From NCBI GenBank assembly GCA_002717515.1, contig PBEC01000011.1, positions 41,902-105,901 of the forward strand: a DNA stretch of 64,000 nt. The letters run 5' to 3'. This DNA comes from Flavobacteriales bacterium. Its GTDB lineage: Bacteria; Bacteroidota; Bacteroidia; Flavobacteriales_C; GCA-002722245. Each line of letters begins with the position of its first letter. Position 1 is the stretch's first letter. This document shows, one piece after another, positions 60,593 through 64,000 of this stretch. The notes under the pieces were generated by a model, which was not told where the DNA came from, searched no databases, and was given only the letters and a program-made list of their open reading frames with translations. The translations under genes and the position numbers were made by a program.

Positions 60593-61588
60593 ATGGATAA
60601 TTATTTGGTTATACAAGAAAAATTATTAGAAAAAATAAAAGAGAAATCGAAAGATAAACTCGTTGATGTTTTAATGAACACACTTCATGTAAGTTTAGAT
60701 AGTGCATACAGAAGGATTCGTTTGGAAAAAATCTTAACTCTTGATGAGGTAATTAAAATAAGTAACAGATTTAATATATCAATAGATCATCTAATCAGTC
60801 ATGATTCTTCTGATTCAGTTTTATTTTCTTTCCCTTTTAAATCTTCACAATTTGATTTAGAAGAATATTTTAATAAAATCTTAACTCATTTAATTAAAGT
60901 GAAAGAGGGTAATGGGGTAATGTATTATTCAGCAAAAGATATTCCAATTTTTCATTTTTTTCAGGATAAAAAATTATTGGCATTTAAATTACATTACTGG
61001 CTGAATTCAATGAATAGAACTGAAGAAATAAGAAAGACAGAGTTTAATTATGATTTTATACCTGCACCGATAGCAGAATTAACTAAAAAAATATACACAG
61101 TATACTCCCAAATAAAAACACATGAGATATGGAATAATGAAACTTTAACACGAAGTTCCAGTCAAATAACATATTATTACGAAATGGGAATTTTAACTAA
61201 AACCCAAGCAAATGAACTACAATTAAGACTCATTGATTTTATCAAACATCTTAACAGTGAATGTGAGATAGGTATAAAATACTTTATAGATCACGAACCA
61301 TACTCAACAGAAGAGAACTACTATTTTTATTGTAATGAAATAGTCTCAACAGATAATTCAATATACGCAGAATACGACAATATTAAAGAATCATTTTTAC
61401 CTCATATCCTTTTGAATTATATGACAACGGATAATATTCAGTATTCGGAATACAATAAAAGTGTTTTTGATACTGTAATCAATAAATCGACACTAATAAC
61501 AAAGGTGAATGAAAAAGACAGAAGAAAATTCTTTAATTTCAACAAACAATTTATTGAAAAACAAATCAATAAAATTGAAATTATTTAG
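60593..61588 (+). CDS. Hypothetical protein with N-terminal XRE-like HTH, putative transcription regulator
   Basis: LHVSLDSAYRRIR...LTLDEVIKISNRFNISIDHL HTH pattern; AKDIPIFHFF and EIWN in an unknown C-terminal domain. Confidence 0.65.
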   Translation: MDNYLVIQEKLLEKIKEKSKDKLVDVLMNTLHVSLDSAYRRIRLEKILTLDEVIKISNRFNISIDHLISHDSSDSVLFSFPFKSSQFDLEEYFNKILTHLIKVKEGNGVMYYSAKDIPIFHFFQDKKLLAFKLHYWLNSMNRTEEIRKTEFNYDFIPAPIAELTKKIYTVYSQIKTHEIWNNETLTRSSSQITYYYEMGILTKTQANELQLRLIDFIKHLNSECEIGIKYFIDHEPYSTEENYYFYCNEIVSTDNSIYAEYDNIKESFLPHILLNYMTTDNIQYSEYNKSVFDTVINKSTLITKVNEKDRRKFFNFNKQFIEKQINKIEII

Positions 61589-63368
61589 AAAAATAAGCAA
61601 CTAGTATTTTAGCTTTATGTTCGCCTATTTCATTAGTTAATTCTTCTAATGAGGCTTTTTTTATTTTTTGTACGGTTTTAAATTTAACCAATAATGAAGT
61701 TATTGTTTTATCCCCTATACCTTTAATTGCATTTAATTCAGAATCAAATATTTTTTTACTTCTTCTGTTCCGATGGTGATTAATACTAAATCGATGCGCT
61801 TCATTCCTACAAAACTGAATAAGTTTTAGCGCGGAGCTTCTTTTATCAATATACATTGGAAAAGGATCACCAGGAAAAAATATCTCCTCTAATCGTTTGG
61901 CAATTCCAATTACTGCAATCTTGCCTTTCAAACCTATTTTATTTAAAGCAGATAACGCTGAATTCAACTGACCTTTACCTCCATCAATAATAATTAAATT
62001 AGGTAAAAGACCTTTTTCTCTTAATATACGAGAGTATCTTCTCTCAATCACTTCTTGCATAGAGGCATAATCATTCGGCCCTTGAACTCTTTTTATATTA
62101 AAAATTCTATAATCTTTTTTAGATGGTAAACCATTTTTAAAAACAATACAGGCACTAACAGGAAATTCTCCCTGTATATTGCTATTATCAAAACATTCAA
62201 TATGTAATGGCAATGTGTTTAAACGTAATTTTGATTGCAATTCAATTAAAGAAGAATTACTTGATTTACTTTTAATTGTTTTGCTTTTTAATATTTCTAA
62301 TCCATAAAATTTAGCATTTCTAAAAGATAAATCAACCAATTCCTTTTTTTGACCCTTAACCGGTACAATCATTCTGACATTCAGAGGATTTGATTTTAAT
62401 TTAAAAGGAATTAATACTTCTTTACTTTGTGAGTGAAATTCATCTCTTAAAGAGATTATATAATGCATAAGAACATCCTCTGGAGATTCCTTAAATTTAA
62501 CTTTTAATTCAGCATTATGACTCTGTATAATTGCTCCATTTACGACCTTAAAGTAATTTACAAAATACTGATTATCAGAGTTATAAATCCCAAAAACATC
62601 GATATTTGTAATTTTATAAGAAACTACAGTTGATTTACTTTGGTATTCATTCAGTAGTGATAATGAATTTTTAATCAACTGGGCATTTTCAAAATCTAAA
62701 TTTGAAGCATAGAAATCCATTTGACCTTTAAGATATTTTTGAACTTTTGATAAATTACCATTAAGAATGTTCTTTATCTGATTGATTTTTAACAAGTAAT
62801 CATATTCACTTTCTTCACCGATACAAGGACCTTTACAATTTCCAATATGATACTCCAAGCAAACTTTAAAACCAGAAGTCTTAATATTTTCTTCAGATAG
62901 GTTTAAATTACAGTCTCTTAATTGAAAAAGTTCCTTAAATAATTTAAGTAACGTATTAACCATTTTAACAGAGGTATATGGACCGAAGTATTGACTACCA
63001 TCTTTAATTACCTTACGCGTACTGAAAACGCGAGGAAACGACTCATTGGAAATACATACCCAAGGATAAGTTTTATCATCTTTTAATAAAATATTATAAA
63101 CTGGTTTGTATTTCTTTATGAGACTATTCTCTAAAAGTAAGGCGTCTTGTTCACTCTTTGTAATAATGAATTTAACATCTCTAATCTTACTAATTAAAAC
63201 CTTGGTTTTACCAGTTTGATCTTTTGTAAAATAACTCAGGACTCTCTTTCTTAAATTCTTTGCTTTTCCAATATATATAATGCATTTATTATCATAAAAC
63301 TGATAAACACCGGATTCAGTAGGAAGCTGTTTTAAAAGTTTATCTATTTGATTATCTATTTGATTCAC
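61581..63368 (-). CDS. uvrC: Excinuclease ABC subunit C
   Basis: GIY-YIG (GVYQF..IIYIGKAKNLRKRV), ECFDNSN, IDGGKGQL, RNEAHRF, HhH IKGIG; GTG 63368 is the likely start. Confidence 0.96.
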   Translation of the reverse strand: MNQIDNQIDKLLKQLPTESGVYQFYDNKCIIYIGKAKNLRKRVLSYFTKDQTGKTKVLISKIRDVKFIITKSEQDALLLENSLIKKYKPVYNILLKDDKTYPWVCISNESFPRVFSTRKVIKDGSQYFGPYTSVKMVNTLLKLFKELFQLRDCNLNLSEENIKTSGFKVCLEYHIGNCKGPCIGEESEYDYLLKINQIKNILNGNLSKVQKYLKGQMDFYASNLDFENAQLIKNSLSLLNEYQSKSTVVSYKITNIDVFGIYNSDNQYFVNYFKVVNGAIIQSHNAELKVKFKESPEDVLMHYIISLRDEFHSQSKEVLIPFKLKSNPLNVRMIVPVKGQKKELVDLSFRNAKFYGLEILKSKTIKSKSSNSSLIELQSKLRLNTLPLHIECFDNSNIQGEFPVSACIVFKNGLPSKKDYRIFNIKRVQGPNDYASMQEVIERRYSRILREKGLLPNLIIIDGGKGQLNSALSALNKIGLKGKIAVIGIAKRLEEIFFPGDPFPMYIDKRSSALKLIQFCRNEAHRFSINHHRNRRSKKIFDSELNAIKGIGDKTITSLLVKFKTVQKIKKASLEELTNEIGEHKAKILVAYFSK

Positions 63369-63452
63369 TGTGTTTTTAATAAATGAAAAAACATTCCATT
63401 TAACAAGAATAATCACTAAATTGTATATTCCAAAACTCCTTAACTAAAACCT

Positions 63453-64000
63453 ATGAGACTCCTTAAACTAAAGTTCACAATATTATCCATCATTTTTTCA
63501 TCTTTTGCTTTTGCTCAATTACCCAGTAAAGTTTTGGTAGGATATTGGGAGAATTGGGGAAGTTTAAGATTAAAAGATGTGGATGATCGATACAATGTCA
63601 TTTGTTTGGCTTTTCTTGAAGCTGATAAAACATCTTATGCTACACCATACGACAACAATGTGGAAGATTTAGAATTCACACCAACAAACAAAACAACTTT
63701 AAAATCGGATATTCCAATTGTTCAATCTGAAGGTAAAAAAGTTCTGATCAGTATTGGAGGAGGTAATGGTTCATTCAGATTAGAAAACACAACCGATAAA
63801 AATACCTTTGTTACAAAGGTTAAAGATTTCATCACAGAATATGGTGTAGACGGTATTGATATTGATTTGGAACAAAAAACCTACGTCTGTGCAACAAGTA
63901 ATTCAGCTGCAAAAATAAATAGTCCGACAGATGTCCATATTACGAATCTGATTGACGGTATTAAAGAAATAATGTCCTGGTACGAATCTCTTTACAATAA
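63453..64000 (+). CDS. GH18 chitinase (ChiD-like), 3' truncated by window edge
   Basis: Not in the ORF track; translates MRLLKLKFTILSIIFSSFAFAQLPSKVLVGYWENW...KKVLISIGGG...DGIDIDLE (DxxDxDxE catalytic motif). Confidence 0.9.
   Translation, partial: MRLLKLKFTILSIIFSSFAFAQLPSKVLVGYWENWGSLRLKDVDDRYNVICLAFLEADKTSYATPYDNNVEDLEFTPTNKTTLKSDIPIVQSEGKKVLISIGGGNGSFRLENTTDKNTFVTKVKDFITEYGVDGIDIDLEQKTYVCATSNSAAKINSPTDVHITNLIDGIKEIMSWYESLYN

Noticed and set aside
1..64000. CRISPR arrays, tRNA/rRNA genes, transposases, integrases, prophage or defence genes
   Set aside because: No repeat-spacer periodicity, cloverleaf or rRNA-like GC-rich segments, or matching protein motifs were recognised by eye

Overview
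AT-rich chromosomal window (roughly 30% GC by eye) from a Bacteroidota bacterium, probably a marine Flavobacteriales. Lineage evidence: TAnnTTTG -7 promoter elements, a T9SS type-B C-terminal domain, an N-succinylornithine-type carbamoyltransferase and the gltX-DUF4175-ybeY-mnmG neighbourhood. Contents, left to right: a partial fructosamine kinase, two ABC transporter genes, argF'-argB, a single-ORF fusion of lycopene cyclase (CrtY) with Brp/Blh beta-carotene 15,15'-dioxygenase, and gmhA. Next is a ~20 kb Wzx/Wzy polysaccharide locus with a legionaminic-acid-type pathway, a pyruvyltransferase/nitroreductase pair and an amidotransferase-HisH-HisF cassette. Then leuS, a TPR/MORN-repeat gene with an active/inactive DUF3857-transglutaminase pair, yraN-dprA-thiL, ispD, an M48 peptidase, asd, a frameshifted lamin-tail/T9SS gene, gltX, DUF4175-RsbW-like-ybeY-mnmG followed by a perfect parS site, uvrC and a partial GH18 chitinase. 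Most notable are (1) the CrtY-Blh retinal-synthesis fusion, apparently starting at ATT, and (2) a candidate ~70 nt sRNA (52080-52150) with its own promoter and terminator. Its single-stranded region is perfectly complementary to one arm of a hairpin upstream of the polysaccharide operon and near-perfectly complementary to the chitinase translation-initiation region. No tRNA, rRNA, CRISPR array or transposase was recognised. All calls come from motif recognition by eye; no database searches were run.
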